Below, in pieces: positions 22,007 to 34,100 of a DNA stretch of 64,000 bases. Positions within the stretch are counted from its first letter, which is position 1; each line of letters opens with the position of its first letter. Location: positions 620,001-684,000 of the forward strand of contig OZ361256.1 of the NCBI GenBank assembly GCA_977018835.1. Reading direction: 5' to 3'. The notes under the pieces are model-generated. The model had not been told where the DNA came from, did not search any database, and worked only from the letters and a program-made list of their open reading frames with translations. This DNA comes from Minutocellus sp. GHC0000111. Taxonomy: Eukaryota. A program made the position numbers and the translations under genes.

Positions 22007-23242
22007 TTAATGCTCCAATTGGCTCAGAGCTAACGCGGCCTGTAAAGCAGCATCTTCATCATAGTCCTCAGTAACTAAACCCCGTTGAATTGCTTGTTGT
22101 GGCGAGCGTATTGGGCCGCAACCGCCAGGCCTTTTGCTCTTTCCGGATATCTCTGCAACCAGATCGGGATCAAGCCACGGTCGATGGAAGGAATGGCCAA
22201 AACGTCTCTTTTCATCGCCTTTGAAGAGCTCTGGTGCGGCTTGATCGCACTGTCTTAGGTGCGCTCGTAGCGAGGACAGTAATACCTCTTCTCCACATCT
22301 GCAGCTACACCTGCGCTTACGCATACGTTTCCTTACATTCGTTGCTGCTTCAACCAGCATTTTGTCCGATTTGGCATCATACAAGAGAGAGCGACAGAGA
22401 GGACAGCACAAACTCTTGGGATCGCCGCCAGACCGACTTGCTGCCGAGTCCAAAGCGTCCTCTAAGCATGCCCGACAAAATAAATGTCGGCACGGGGTGC
22501 ATGCCGTTGCCGCCTCAAGCGGACCAGCACAGAGGGGACAAGCGAATTCGTCCTGATCAGCTCCGGCGCGGAATCCCTCAACAGCAGTCCCATCCGATAG
22601 GTCGGCCCACTCGTTGATTCGTTGCTTGTGCGCTCGCATCTCCTGGGCTTTCCGCTGTTCCTCGATTTGTTGTTGCTCCTTTGCTTCTCTGTCCAATTCG
22701 TCTTGGATAGCGGTTGCTTCAGATATCAAGCTCGATAATCGCTCCAGCTTGGCCTTTTGACCAGCGTCTAGGTCAGATACGGGGATTGATCGGAGCGCCT
22801 CTGCAGCCGATATTTTCTTCTTGAGGTTCCGCAATCGTTTGTTTCGCACATTGTCGTCAGGATTGTGGCCGGCACCCTCGTTTGAGACGCTGTTCGCAGC
22901 AGTCTCGGCTAGTGATGCCTCAAGTGCTCGTCGAAGCAACGCCTCATCGTCGTCACACGGCAGTGATGTGGAATGTATGTTTGCAGTATGATCGATCAAA
23001 GATTGAGATCGCATTCTGCCTTCTAGTCCCTCCTCTCCATCAACAGCCCCACCACTTTCTTCCAACGCCGCGGCCTCCTCGGCAGAAACTCCCCACTTCT
23101 TCTGAAATTGCTTCCTCTCCTTCCTTCGAGCATTCTTTCGGGCCGACTTTGTCTTTGCTGTCTGCTGCTGCTGACCTGCTTCACTCAGTGACTTCGACCG
23201 ACCGCGATTGACGGCCTTCCACTGGCCATCGAGATTCGCCAT
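22007..23242 (-). CDS. RING (C3HC4) + C2HC zinc finger + UIM E3 ligase-like protein
   Basis: CPLC...CRHLFCRAC...CPLCR; CRCG...LRAHLRQC; UIM-like DEDAALQAALALS and DEALLRRALEAS. Confidence 0.85.
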   Translation of the reverse strand: MANLDGQWKAVNRGRSKSLSEAGQQQQTAKTKSARKNARRKERKQFQKKWGVSAEEAAALEESGGAVDGEEGLEGRMRSQSLIDHTANIHSTSLPCDDDEALLRRALEASLAETAANSVSNEGAGHNPDDNVRNKRLRNLKKKISAAEALRSIPVSDLDAGQKAKLERLSSLISEATAIQDELDREAKEQQQIEEQRKAQEMRAHKQRINEWADLSDGTAVEGFRAGADQDEFACPLCAGPLEAATACTPCRHLFCRACLEDALDSAASRSGGDPKSLCCPLCRSLLYDAKSDKMLVEAATNVRKRMRKRRCSCRCGEEVLLSSLRAHLRQCDQAAPELFKGDEKRRFGHSFHRPWLDPDLVAEISGKSKRPGGCGPIRSPQQAIQRGLVTEDYDEDAALQAALALSQLEH

Positions 23243-23519
23243 GGTGCTGGTCTGCCTGCGAAGTTCTGCTCTTTGCGGCGGACTTGGCCGACCTGGCAAC
23301 GCATTGGGATATGAGCCACATAATTTCGCCGACTTCGCCGGAGCTCCCGGTGTGGTATGTGGTATGGTCGGTCGATGCAGGATATCGCTCGTTCAATGTG
23401 ACTGTACATGTATCCCCCGGTGCTGCTTACGTATCTAGGAATTCCTACTCGTACAGCCCAACGCCAACATTGAGTGCAACTACGTAGCTAGACTAGCGAG
23501 CGAGCCATCAACACAAAAG

Positions 23520-24720
23520 ATGGACGCAACAGTCGGTACGATGGCACTTCTGCCCCTGGCTCTAACGGTCGGATATTATTTCACCTCGCACGAGCACGAG
23601 CACCATGCTCTCTCCTTGCCGCTCAGTTCGATCAGCGATTACATGGGAGATCGCTCAGTGAATACATTGGCTCTGATTGGAGGTGAGTGTTGTTCGTGCA
23701 GTTACTCATGGAACAGCGCTGCTTTTCATGCGTTGGGTATACATTGGGCGTGATCTTCAGTTTCAGCCAACCACTGATCATGTTTATTCTACGTACGTAC
23801 ATCAACTGAACTCTCATTGGCCCGAAATATTCGTAGCAATGTGCGTGCTTCAGTACGCTCGTGGACTTTACGTACGAACAAAAAAAATGGTCGATTTCAT
23901 ATCCGCACCACCGCGTGACATACGAGTCATGGGTCGATGGGTCTTATTATCGAATATTATTGGCAATCCTTCCGGTGAGGCATTTGCAAGACATGCTGCC
24001 GAGGCTGGTTGCGATCTCATTCTCTTGGGAGGAAGAAGCAAAAAATTGGACCAGTTCGCATTAGATTTGGATAAGCTCGGATATCTCGGCGGTGCCCGAA
24101 CAAGAATCAAGACCATTGCGTGGAATGAATATGAAAATGAAAACGACAGCAAAGAGAGCGGTGCCTTTTGGAATCGAGTTGAAGAAGTTGCAAGTGCGAC
24201 AACTGATGGCGGGCTGGCCCTCGTTGTTCATTGCTGCTCGTCCAGTAGCAAGTCATCAAGACCAATAATGCCGTCAGAGGGCTACTCAAGGCGATTGATC
24301 GGCACGGCTCTTCCGCAGATGGCATTTAGGAACCAAGGGGCGATTGTGTGCATATCTACTACCGAGGTTTACGCCGACGTTAGCGTTGACACATACCCTG
24401 ACCGCAATGATTTGTTGGACTGCAGTCCGGCTTGTGCGGCATACTTCCGTCAGCTAATCCATTCACTGCACGGAAAATACCGCCCACTTGGCATTGATTG
24501 CCTTGCTGTGTCGCTCTGTACATCGTGGAATGACCCGCTCTCCTGTCCGCCCAAGTCAACTTTCGCAAGAATGGTTTTGAGGTTTCTTGGCCCACCGAGC
24601 GCTCAAACCATCGTAGAGGCGTGTCTAAAGGCGCTCGGGAGGCAGCCAGAGCTCACTCCATCTGAATCACTATTTGCTCAAGCATGTCGCTACAGCTTGC
24701 AGTATGAAGAAAAAATATGA
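23520..24720 (+). CDS. Divergent short-chain dehydrogenase/reductase-like membrane protein; intron from 23683
   Basis: N-terminal hydrophobic segments; GRWVLL...GEAFARHAAEAGCDLILLG; LPQMAFRNQGAIVCIS; catalytic YxxxK degenerate. Confidence 0.6.
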
Positions 24721-24925
24721 CGGATGACCAGGAGGATCGACGTTGCACACATGTAAGGCTCGGTACTATGTATGACAAAAATCAGCAAAGAAAGCCCGGC
24801 ACTGCCTGTAAACTAGCAGGCAGTGGCCACTATGCATTCTATTGAGTTCCTGGTTCTATTATTACTAACGCGACACCTTATATATATACATGTATTATCT
24901 GTTGTACCGGTACTTATTTTATATA

Positions 24926-25219
24926 GAGCGTTTCCACGAGACCGCCGACAAAATCACTGAAAATAGTAGCCACTAGAAAATATTTTTGTGCGAAAAATTT
25001 CACGTCAATAAAAATGAAGCCACTAGATCGAGCTCAAAATCTCGGACCCAAACCCAGCGACTTGTTAGTAAAGTACCCCAAGATCATTGTACCAAAGTAA
25101 CTTTATTGTTGATTATGGTCTAAAACATCCTTCTAAGCAGTAATCAGCAATAAAATTACTTTGGTACAATGTTTACGAAACATCGCGGAGGGGGTGTCGG
25201 CTCTCTCGTGGAAACGCTC
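24926..25219. mobile_element. MITE (294 bp) with TIRs and TA flanks, Tc1/mariner-type non-autonomous element
   Basis: Perfect 16-bp TIR GAGCGTTTCCACGAGA / TCTCGTGGAAACGCTC, extending to 25 bp with 2 mismatches; TA on both sides; internal 31-bp inverted repeat at 25085-25115 / 25141-25171. Confidence 0.88.
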
Positions 25220-25243
25220 TATATAATTAATTCTTCCTATGCA

Positions 25244-26227
25244 TCATGCCTGTTTAGCAGCAGTTTTCTTGATACTTGCAAGGGATAGCTTGCGTTTTCG
25301 GAAAGGTAGGGACGAATTCTTTGCGCCAGCGTTGTTGGCATCGGATGAGTGGGAGGAGTTCGCCTTGCTGGTAGTTTGAGCAACTGCTGCCAGCATGCTC
25401 AACATGTCCATATCATGACATAGTGACGACGCACTGTTGGTCTCAGGTGCTGGTTCATATCTCTTCTTCTTGGATGACAGACCCTCCTCGTCGACAATAC
25501 CTGTCTCCTTCTTTGTGATGGCCTCCTCTTGCTTTGCTTTCAGTACATCTTGGTGAAAGCATATTCCTTTGTCCTCGCCACCACAGTCAACGAGGCCGAG
25601 TTCCCTGGCAGACTGAAGCCAGTAAGTCTCGCTGCCTTTCCGGCTCTGATGTGCCTTGGGCTTCTCGTCAAATTTGCGCATTTTTCCAGTGATATCGTTG
25701 GGCATGCAGGTGCAGCCATTGAAGTGATAACGCTTAAAATTTCGGATGGTTTGGTGCAATACTGAAATGGACTCTGGAAAGGAGATGGCACCGCGTGCAC
25801 GAGATTTCATGGGGAGGTGAGCGCACCAGCCACAACGTACCCCGACGACGTGTCCATGCCTGGCGAGGATTCGATCCAGCCGACCTCCCCGACTGAATGA
25901 TGGCTTGTCAAGGGCTTGGATGGCCTCCTTGGTGAACGCAACGACTTCGATCTGCGACCTTACGAGGCAGACCGGCGGTGCCAGCCATAAAGAGTCATCG
26001 GGACGGGCGAGGGGGACGAACATTTTGGTTCGTTGAAGTGATGTGCTGTTTTCTGCTGGAGATGCTGCCCGTGCAACTACAGCTAATGACGATGGTATCG
26101 ACGAGGATGAGGACAACGACGAGGAAACGGATGATTGTGAAGACGACGAAGATGTGACATCTTGAGTGGACAAAGTCCGTCGAGACTTGCTGTGACGCCC
26201 TTCATCGGGGCTGTTGATGCTTGACAT
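25244..26227 (-). CDS. Hypothetical protein with a Cys/His-containing domain of a type common in diatom nuclear proteins
   Basis: VGVRCGWCAHLP..RARGAISFP...NFKRYHFNGCTCMP..YW..SA.ELGL; Ser-rich N-terminus. Confidence 0.7.
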   Translation of the reverse strand: MSSINSPDEGRHSKSRRTLSTQDVTSSSSSQSSVSSSLSSSSSIPSSLAVVARAASPAENSTSLQRTKMFVPLARPDDSLWLAPPVCLVRSQIEVVAFTKEAIQALDKPSFSRGGRLDRILARHGHVVGVRCGWCAHLPMKSRARGAISFPESISVLHQTIRNFKRYHFNGCTCMPNDITGKMRKFDEKPKAHQSRKGSETYWLQSARELGLVDCGGEDKGICFHQDVLKAKQEEAITKKETGIVDEEGLSSKKKRYEPAPETNSASSLCHDMDMLSMLAAVAQTTSKANSSHSSDANNAGAKNSSLPFRKRKLSLASIKKTAAKQA

Positions 26228-26816
26228 GATTGAAGTTGGAGAAAAGCGACTGCTGGCCAAAGGTAGTATCAGGTGATTGGTGGGCGAGAGGAGAAGGCCA
26301 GCCTGCTGATTGACGCCGATGCCGATATTCATCACGCCAATGCAACCAACTTCGGTCGGCAAGCAAAGAAGATCTTTGCTACTTCAAGCTTTATCCGAGT
26401 TGAAAGTAGGATTCTGATCTAAAAGTGCATGCATGCATTGACGCCTTGTTGTGTGCGAATGCGCAACTTCCGGTAGAATACCGGCATCATCGGCCCCCGC
26501 AACTCATCAAGGCCACACAAGGCCACACACAAGCAGGACGATCCAATGGCTTCTGGTTTGGCAATATTACATCGGCCGGCAATAATACACACAGAGAATA
26601 TTGACGACATATCTTGTGCTTCGCTCTTTTAATGTCCTCTTGATGTCGCAAGGCCACAGTGACGGTGACGGCTTCTGCCGTACCTCCACGTGGAAGATGA
26701 GCAGTCAACAGCAGCAATTGACAGCAGAGCAAGTCAGGTCATGATTGTCATGATGCACCCACCGGACCCACACTACGGAATTTGGGTTGGATTCTTGAAT
26801 CCTCTGTTGGTATACA

Positions 26817-27923
26817 ATGTCTGGCCAGCTCACCCGCTCCGATGAGCTTTGTGCAATTGTGGACTCGTTCCAACCAGGCATCGTCCACGCCATCGGGTAC
26901 GGCTCGGGTGTCTTTGTCCAGCAGTCATCGACACCAACACAACCTGACGGTGACGCTGTTGATGACAAAGCCACCTCTCCGCCCGATGACCAGCCAATGA
27001 TCGATTTGATCCTCACGGTTTCGGACAGTAACGCCTTCCACAGACGCATGCTCGAACGGTACCCAGATCATTACTCGGCGCTGGCACGCCTGTGTGGACC
27101 GACCTTTTGTACCAAACTACAACGCTCGGAACGATACGGAGCCGGGGTGTACTTCAATCCTCTCGTCGAATCACCGGTAACCACGTCGAATGCAAGTGCT
27201 GCCAGTGGATGCAAACGAAAGATCAAGTATGGCATCGTCCAAACGGAGGATTTGGTCGATGATTTGATGAATTGGAGGTGGTTGTATCTGGCCGGACGGA
27301 TGCAAATGCCTACGGTCAACGTGGATGGGTTGGAGGAGTGCGATCGGATTGCCTTGGCACAGAAGCAAAACCTTGATATGGCCCTCGCGGCATCTCCCTT
27401 GTTGCTTGGTGGGAGTTTTATTTCCGAAAGGAGTGCCGCACAAACACTGCAAACATATCCCTTGACAAGCCTGTTTGAACAAATTGCGGGTCTAAGCTAT
27501 GTCGGTGATCCACGGATGGACGTCGGTGGAGAAGATCCTGACAAAGTAAGCAAGTTGGTTCGATCCGATGGGCAAGAGGGGCGATTTTATGATTTGTACA
27601 ACCAAAGTATGGCAAATTTGCAAAAGGTGGGGGTGCTGGATGTCGTTGGTAGTACCGGAGTTGCAATTGATTTGAATGACGACGCTACAAGACGTCATTT
27701 GTGGAGATCTTTGCCCAAAAGGGTGAATCGATTAGGGACGTGCTACGGGGTGGGAATCGAAACTCGACAAAAGTCGGCCCAGTATCTATCCAAATGTCTG
27801 GTAGACATTGTTCGGCCAGCGGCGAGAAGGCAAAGTCTGAAGGGAGTTCTGACTGCTGGAATTGTCAAAAGCGTCCAATATGCCGCCGCAAAATTTGCCA
27901 AGGGTGCCTTCAGGTCATCGTGA
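26817..27923 (+). CDS. TAM41: Mitochondrial phosphatidate cytidylyltransferase
   Basis: AIGYGSGVF, MIDLI, GAGVYFNP, IKYGIV, LYLAGRMQ, LSYVGDPRM, GEDPDKV, QSLKGVLTAG. Confidence 0.92.
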   Translation: MSGQLTRSDELCAIVDSFQPGIVHAIGYGSGVFVQQSSTPTQPDGDAVDDKATSPPDDQPMIDLILTVSDSNAFHRRMLERYPDHYSALARLCGPTFCTKLQRSERYGAGVYFNPLVESPVTTSNASAASGCKRKIKYGIVQTEDLVDDLMNWRWLYLAGRMQMPTVNVDGLEECDRIALAQKQNLDMALAASPLLLGGSFISERSAAQTLQTYPLTSLFEQIAGLSYVGDPRMDVGGEDPDKVSKLVRSDGQEGRFYDLYNQSMANLQKVGVLDVVGSTGVAIDLNDDATRRHLWRSLPKRVNRLGTCYGVGIETRQKSAQYLSKCLVDIVRPAARRQSLKGVLTAGIVKSVQYAAAKFAKGAFRSS

Positions 27924-28250
27924 GATGTGGATTACCGGTAGGGTACATGTAGGAATCCCTATTTGTTAATGGCAATGAGATCAACATGTAAATCTAACGG
28001 CCGTACATTTACATGTACTACTTAGTACCTCAGGGGGGCTCTATCAGTACCAACCGGTACCGGTGCCATTGCCGAAGAAGAAGGCAGGCATGCTACGTAA
28101 CTACGTACGTACGTAGCTTGTATTGCTTGAGTTAGTCGAACAAGTCTCAATTGATGACTCAGTGGACTTTTTTTGACGGGGCAGAGTTTGTACTAGTACC
28201 ATATCCGTCATAAAACCTCTCCTGGTGCCGACGAAAAGCTGCAGAGGAAC

Positions 28251-29136
28251 ATGATGCGCTGCTCGTCGATTTTTGCTTTGCTCGCGGCTGTTGCCTTCTC
28301 TGGCGCCGATGCTTTTGTTGCTCCCTCGCGCTCGGCGTTTGTCGGTGGCACAAGGTCAATTGCAAGTGTTGCGGGATCTTCGTCGCTGAGTAAGTTGTGT
28401 TTGTGGTCCGTATATTTGATCGATCGCTTCTGTGAACCAAGGAGAAGGTCTTCAATATGTGAATCATTGATACATTTCATCGAGAGAAATCATTTCACTG
28501 TCATGCTTACCCTTCAATGTTCCTCTCACTACTATCTCGCACACAGACATGTCCGTTGAGGCCTTTGAAGGGATCCGAGAGCCGGTCCAGAGCTACGTCG
28601 ACATCTGGACACCCATGTTTAAGCAGGCATCCGAGTCTGGACTTGTGCCCGATTTCCTGCTCCACTGGGGCCATGGTGCCGCCATGGGCTCCGTCCTATT
28701 GTCCATGGGCGTGATCGGTGCGTACATGGGGTGGCAAATCAGGCTTGGTAATGGAGAAGACGTGACCCCCCTGACGCTTGGCGAGACTATCCGTGAGGCT
28801 CACCCCAAGATCATCGGTGGAGCTTTCTTCTTCTTTTTGCTTGGAGGCCAGGGCGGGCTTGTTCTCTTGGACACGCAGGGCAAGACTATATTGGAAAGTC
28901 CTCATGCTTTGACTGCTGCACTTTCTGTAGCTGCACTTGCCACCCAGGCGGTTCTGCCCAAGCTTTTCGCCACTGAGAACGGTGCCCTTGCGCGAGATGT
29001 CCACGCCTACCTCGGAACTGCTACCATGGCATTGCTTTTCGCTCACCTTGCGACCGGTGTGAATCTTGGCCTCTCTGCTTTAGATCTGAAGTTTTGTATT
29101 AATATTTGCAAGCATGTGGCTCGAGAAAAGTGGTAA
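28251..29136 (+). CDS. Plastid-targeted membrane protein (DUF4079/cytochrome b561-like); intron ~28389-28546
   Basis: Signal peptide ending ADA-FVAP; HWGHGAAM, YMGWQIR, EAHPK, ESPHA, VHAYLG helices carrying His residues. Confidence 0.8.
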
Positions 29137-29436
29137 ATCACATCTTTTGCGAATTTGATTTCATTATATTTCATTCTCGAAGGTTGCAGTAGCAAGCGAT
29201 CTCGATTTGATTCGTCTTCCAGGACTTTTCATTTGCTGCATACAACAATGAAGGCCACCAAGGCACTACATGTTTACCGGTATATACCGGTACATACAGG
29301 CCGTCTCGAAAAAATACGAGGAACTGCATGCCAAATCTAACTGCCATAACAATACTGTACGTAGGACATACACATAGGAAGTTCCTTCATTGGATTCCTG
29401 CCGGATACTGTCACATACCGGGTCATATACCAATTT

Positions 29437-29631
29437 TTATTTCATCCCCCGACTCTCTTTGTATGCCGCCACTTCCGCCTGACAGTCCACCATCAAACCC
29501 CACATCACATCGGCAAGAGAACCAGCCACACCGGCCGCCATTACCGGCACGAGCCCTCTCTTATTTGGGATGGAATACGCCGATCCAGCCACCAATCCGG
29601 CAACACTGCCGCGGCGCAATGGAATGAGCAC
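29437..29631 (-). CDS. Possible last exon of a small membrane protein
   Basis: Gly/Ala-rich hydrophobic ORF; upstream exons not resolved. Confidence 0.3.
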   Translation of the reverse strand: MLIPLRRGSVAGLVAGSAYSIPNKRGLVPVMAAGVAGSLADVMWGLMVDCQAEVAAYKESRGMK

Positions 29632-29981
29632 GATGGAACAGTGATATCTCGAATCAAGGTGAGCTGATTGTAGGCCATCATAATAATATCAATACTAGTA
29701 GGTGCGACGAGCGGTTTGTCGGAAGTCGAATTCATTCTGATGGACTCAATCCACCTGCATGAATCAGAAATTTACATGCATGCAATCGATATGCCAACCT
29801 AACCAACTCACCAACATTTGTACTGCGATAATATGCACTGCGACAGCGCCTCGGAAGGGTCGCTTCCTGACGGCGTCTGCTTCTCGCCAATTGGCGGCAT
29901 CGGCAGAGATAGCAGACCAGAGAAAGTGACGGTGTACGAGGTGCCTTGCTCTCGAAAAAGTCGCACGTGATGGCAGTGCTT

Positions 29982-30006
29982 GGGTTAGGGTTAGGGTTAG
30001 GGTTAG
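29982..30006 (+). repeat. Interstitial telomere-like repeat, about 4 x TTAGGG
   Basis: gggttagggttagggttagggttag. Confidence 0.85.
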
Positions 30007-30705
30007 TCGTCATCGGACCGGTCGGCCAGCGCCAAGCTGGTACGGGAAAGTGCTGCCATCCGTCAGCAGCTCAAGGAGGAGGTCGACGTCCTCCGGGATA
30101 TGGTGGAGAAGCTCGAGGCAGCCCGGTCCGAGCTGGAGGAGATGCTGACCAAGGAAACAGAAAGGGCCGACGCGGCCGAGGCCAGGGCGGCCGAGGTGGA
30201 ATCCAGGGCCAAGGTGGAGATGGAGCAGCTTCGAACAACTCTGCTGGACAAGAGTCGGAAGGAATTGGAGGCCGCCGAAGAGGCTGCCGAGAAGCGATTG
30301 GAGATGGAGGTGAAGAAATTGGAGGAGGATGCCGACAAGCGTGTCGAGGAAGAAAAGCGAAAGGGCATGAAGGCCTTGGAAGATGAGCGGGAGAGGTCCA
30401 AAAAGGCCATCGAGGGCGAAGTAGCAAGGTCCAAGGCTGCAGTCGATTCAGAGAAATCAAAAATGAAGAAGGTGCTCGAAGCAATAGCGGCCGAGGAACA
30501 GAGCGAAACAGTACCAGTAGATGCCGACACCGACGCTGTCAAGTCCAGCAAGAAGAGTAAGAAGAAGAACAGCAGCGCTGGTGGCAGCAGCGGCAGTAGG
30601 GGCAAGAAGAAAAAGAAGGCAACGACCATCACCGGAACCAGTGCGAGTGGAGCTGCTGCTGGGGGAAAGAAGTCGGTGAGCTCTGTAAGAGGGACGACAT
30701 ACTAA
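30007..30705 (+). CDS. Coiled-coil protein C-terminal part (5'-truncated or last exon)
   Basis: E/K/A-rich helical ORF, open from 30007, immediately after the TTAGGG tract. Confidence 0.6.
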   Translation, partial: SSSDRSASAKLVRESAAIRQQLKEEVDVLRDMVEKLEAARSELEEMLTKETERADAAEARAAEVESRAKVEMEQLRTTLLDKSRKELEAAEEAAEKRLEMEVKKLEEDADKRVEEEKRKGMKALEDERERSKKAIEGEVARSKAAVDSEKSKMKKVLEAIAAEEQSETVPVDADTDAVKSSKKSKKKNSSAGGSSGSRGKKKKKATTITGTSASGAAAGGKKSVSSVRGTTY

Positions 30706-31124
30706 AAAATTCCCATTTCATAAGATAAAAAGGAAACCACCTCATACTACGTAGGAAATATCCTCACTACGATAGTACCGGTATAGATAGACCAAGAGAG
30801 GCATTGTAGTAAATGTTAGGGATGTGTGGAGTATATGGCGTGTAAACAAGACAGTGAATTCGTCGCCATTTAGCTGGTAATATATATGCAAGTAAAGGAC
30901 AGGTAATGTGCTGACTCTTCAATCACATGCTTGAGTTGGAGCGGCGGAGGCCTTCGCCGTGGCGATGTCTCGAACGCCAGGTCTGGCGTCAGTTACGTTC
31001 CTTTTTAAGGCAGCCTTTGCAAGGATATTCTTGACGTATAAAATTTCCTAGTTATCAATTATCATAAAAACAATGTATCGGTTGGACAACCAAATTCATT
31101 TCCATTTTGATTGCCGCTCTAATT

Positions 31125-34100
31125 TCAACCTCTCCGACGACTTTTCTTGCCGCTGCTTTGAGGCTTTCGGGACGTGGACTTCTCAACAATCCCTTTGAAC
31201 TCCCCACACCAGTTGAAGTGATCGACTGCGAACTTTCTGGCAGCCATCTCATCTTGGAGGAAGTCGATGCCCAGCTTGCCACCCTCCTTCGGCTTCTTAC
31301 CTGTCGGCAGTAGCCAAACAAAATCGTCGCCGCCGATAGGAATTCCGTTGATTAGGGGAGCGCGAACATACCAGTTCCATCCACTCACCCTCATCTTTTC
31401 CTTGACGTTGAGCCAGTCATCTTCGTACTGAACAGGAGTGCCATTGATTTCGGCCATCTTCTTTTTCGCATCCCAAATAAGCATTTGCTGGCGATCGGGG
31501 GCGGGGGTAGCAGCGGCCATAATAATATCCTCACCAACATCATCGTCAACTTCCATGCCATCGTCGTGGCCCTCCCAGCCAAGATGATCGATGGCAAATT
31601 GCTTGACTTCGTCTTCTGATGTGAAATAATCGATGCCTTTCTCGCCACCATTCTTGATCTGCTTTCCGGTCGGAGGGATGTACACTTCCTTCAAGCGACT
31701 GTCTTCGGAGCTGAGCTTCCATCCAGCTTGCTGCATCTTGCCCCAGAAGACCGCCCAGGAATCACCTGGCTGCGCAGGACTATTGGAGAGGGCATGGAGC
31801 TTCCTCTGCGAGTCTACAACGATCAAGTCCTGCCGCAACTTCTCGTCTGGCGTTGCAGGTTGTTTCTCATCGACCATGTCCTGATATGGGCTCCTCCTCT
31901 GCTTCGTTGGGGTCGAGTTGGGAGTCGACCTACTCGGTGATGACGCGTGCCCGAAAGCATGAGATACGGCAGATCCGAAAGCGCCGGCAGCTGCATTGAA
32001 TCTGCTCAGGAGGCCGCCGGGCCTTTCCACCTCGGTACCATTGCTGTCGTGACCGCCCTGGTACGCCCCGAAAGGACTATCGGGTGATGTTACAGGAGAC
32101 GTTGGTGAAGAATTTGGGGTACGCTCAGTTCCCTCGGTGGTCGGTTCCTGCTCTTCCTCGACCATATCACTTGGGTGCTGAGGTAGTGGAGCCCTTGCAG
32201 CCCAGAAGGTGAGCGCGAGGTATTCTTGAGGACCAACGTCGCAGGGGATTTCCCTATCCCTGCCCTTGTTGGGAGTTTTGAGATGAGTCCACTTGTAGTT
32301 GTACCGTGCCTCGAATGGACCATTTGCACGAAGATAGTCTTGAACTTCGGAGATTGATGAGAAGTAATCCTGGCCATGTGAGGCTTCTTTGTCGGCTTTC
32401 TGCTGATCCTTGGGCTTGTAGTACCGACATTCTCCGGTGACAGCATCATCGACCAGCTCCCAGCCGATCTTACCAGTCAGAAGAGCCCAAGCTTGGTTAT
32501 CGGTGAAGACGGTGACGTCGCGAAGTACCTCGACGCTTTCTTCGGGGTTGGAATCGAGCCCCTTGGGAGTGTACGCCGTGGCGACCCAGCGCTTGACGAG
32601 GGTACGCTCTTCATCGGTGAGATCGGAGGACTCGAAATTAGGAATGCCGGTCTTGCATAAGTACTCACGTAGGTTTTGAGCGTCGGGGAAAACGTCGATA
32701 TTCATCTGGGGACTGCGCTTGGGAGCATCGGGATGGCGGTACAGTCCACCACCGTGCTTGAAGCCAAGCTTATTCTTGAGAATTGTCCAAACCTGCCTCG
32801 AAGCTGGAATGGGGTGCGTCCTCCACCACATGGGTTCGGCCTTACGCTTCTTCGTTGTGCGTTTAGGAGAGGAGGATGCCTCGACATCGAAGTCACCGGT
32901 GATTGCGCTGGGACGATCAGCCTTGGCAGGGCTGGACTTGCGCTTCGTACCGCCCTTCGTTCCCTTGGCTCTCCTTACTTCACCTTCCTGAATATCAGCT
33001 TGGCGACAGTATTGGATGACATCGACCTCGGACTGGAAATAGTCAGTTCCAAGCTTCGTGTCGTCGCTGGCAGGGTTCCGATCGGGACGAACATACAACC
33101 AGCTCACAAGGCCATTGCCTCTCTGGTAGGTCCAACCAGCCTGTTTCAGTCGAGGCCAGAGGTTCCTCCATTCGTAAAAGTCCTTGTCGTCGGGAGTCAA
33201 CGACCGGCCGGTATCGGGAGAGTCCGTAAGGCGGGGCTTGGCAGGATCACGAGGTTTGGTACGGTGAGTCGGAGTCGCTGGCGATTCCTCGACGTGAGCT
33301 TCCTTGCCCCATACACGATCGGGCGATGCCGCCGCCTTCTTCTTTGCGGCCGCCTCCTCTTTGGCGAGACGTCTTTCCTCTGCTGTCTTGCGCTTTGCTT
33401 CAGCTGCAGCCTCCTTCTCCAATTTCTTCTTTTCGGCAGCAACACGCTTGGCCTCAGCGGCGGCGGCAGCGGCAGCCTTCTTCTCCGCAGCAGCGGCAGC
33501 GGCAGCAGCACGCTTGGCCTCAAGCTCAGCCGCCTTCTCCAATCTCTTCTTTTCAGCAGCTGCTTCCTTTTCCTTGCGCGCCTTTTCGGCTATTTTCTCT
33601 GCCTCGAGCTTGGCTTGCTGCTCCTCTTGGGCCTGCTTCAGAAGTCGTACCTTCTTGGCACCTTTCGGGTCCCAGCCGTAGGCAGTCTTGCAGAATGCGC
33701 GGACAGCCTCCTCGCCCTTGAAGTAGTCCTCGCCCTCGACGGGATTCTTGACTTTGCTCTTGCCTGGAGCGAAGTACTTCCAGTCGGTGTCAAGACCACT
33801 TGGTTTCTTGTAGCGCCAGCCACTTCGCTTGAGCTTGTCCCAGACAATGAGCCACTCATCGGTAGCCTCAATGGGAGTATCGAGGATCTCGGGGGCATTT
33901 GGATCGATCCTAGCGCTCGGAGTAATGGTTACATGCTTCGGTAGCTTGTTCTTCTTCGACTTGGGAGTCTTGGCGGACTTCTTGGAGGTACTCTTGGAAG
34001 CAGCAGACGGGCCCTTCTTCGTCTTCTTGGCCGGCGGCTTCTGCGTCGTGTAGGGAGTACCGAGATCCCTTTGGCCTCGGCCCTTGCGCCCTGCCCTACC

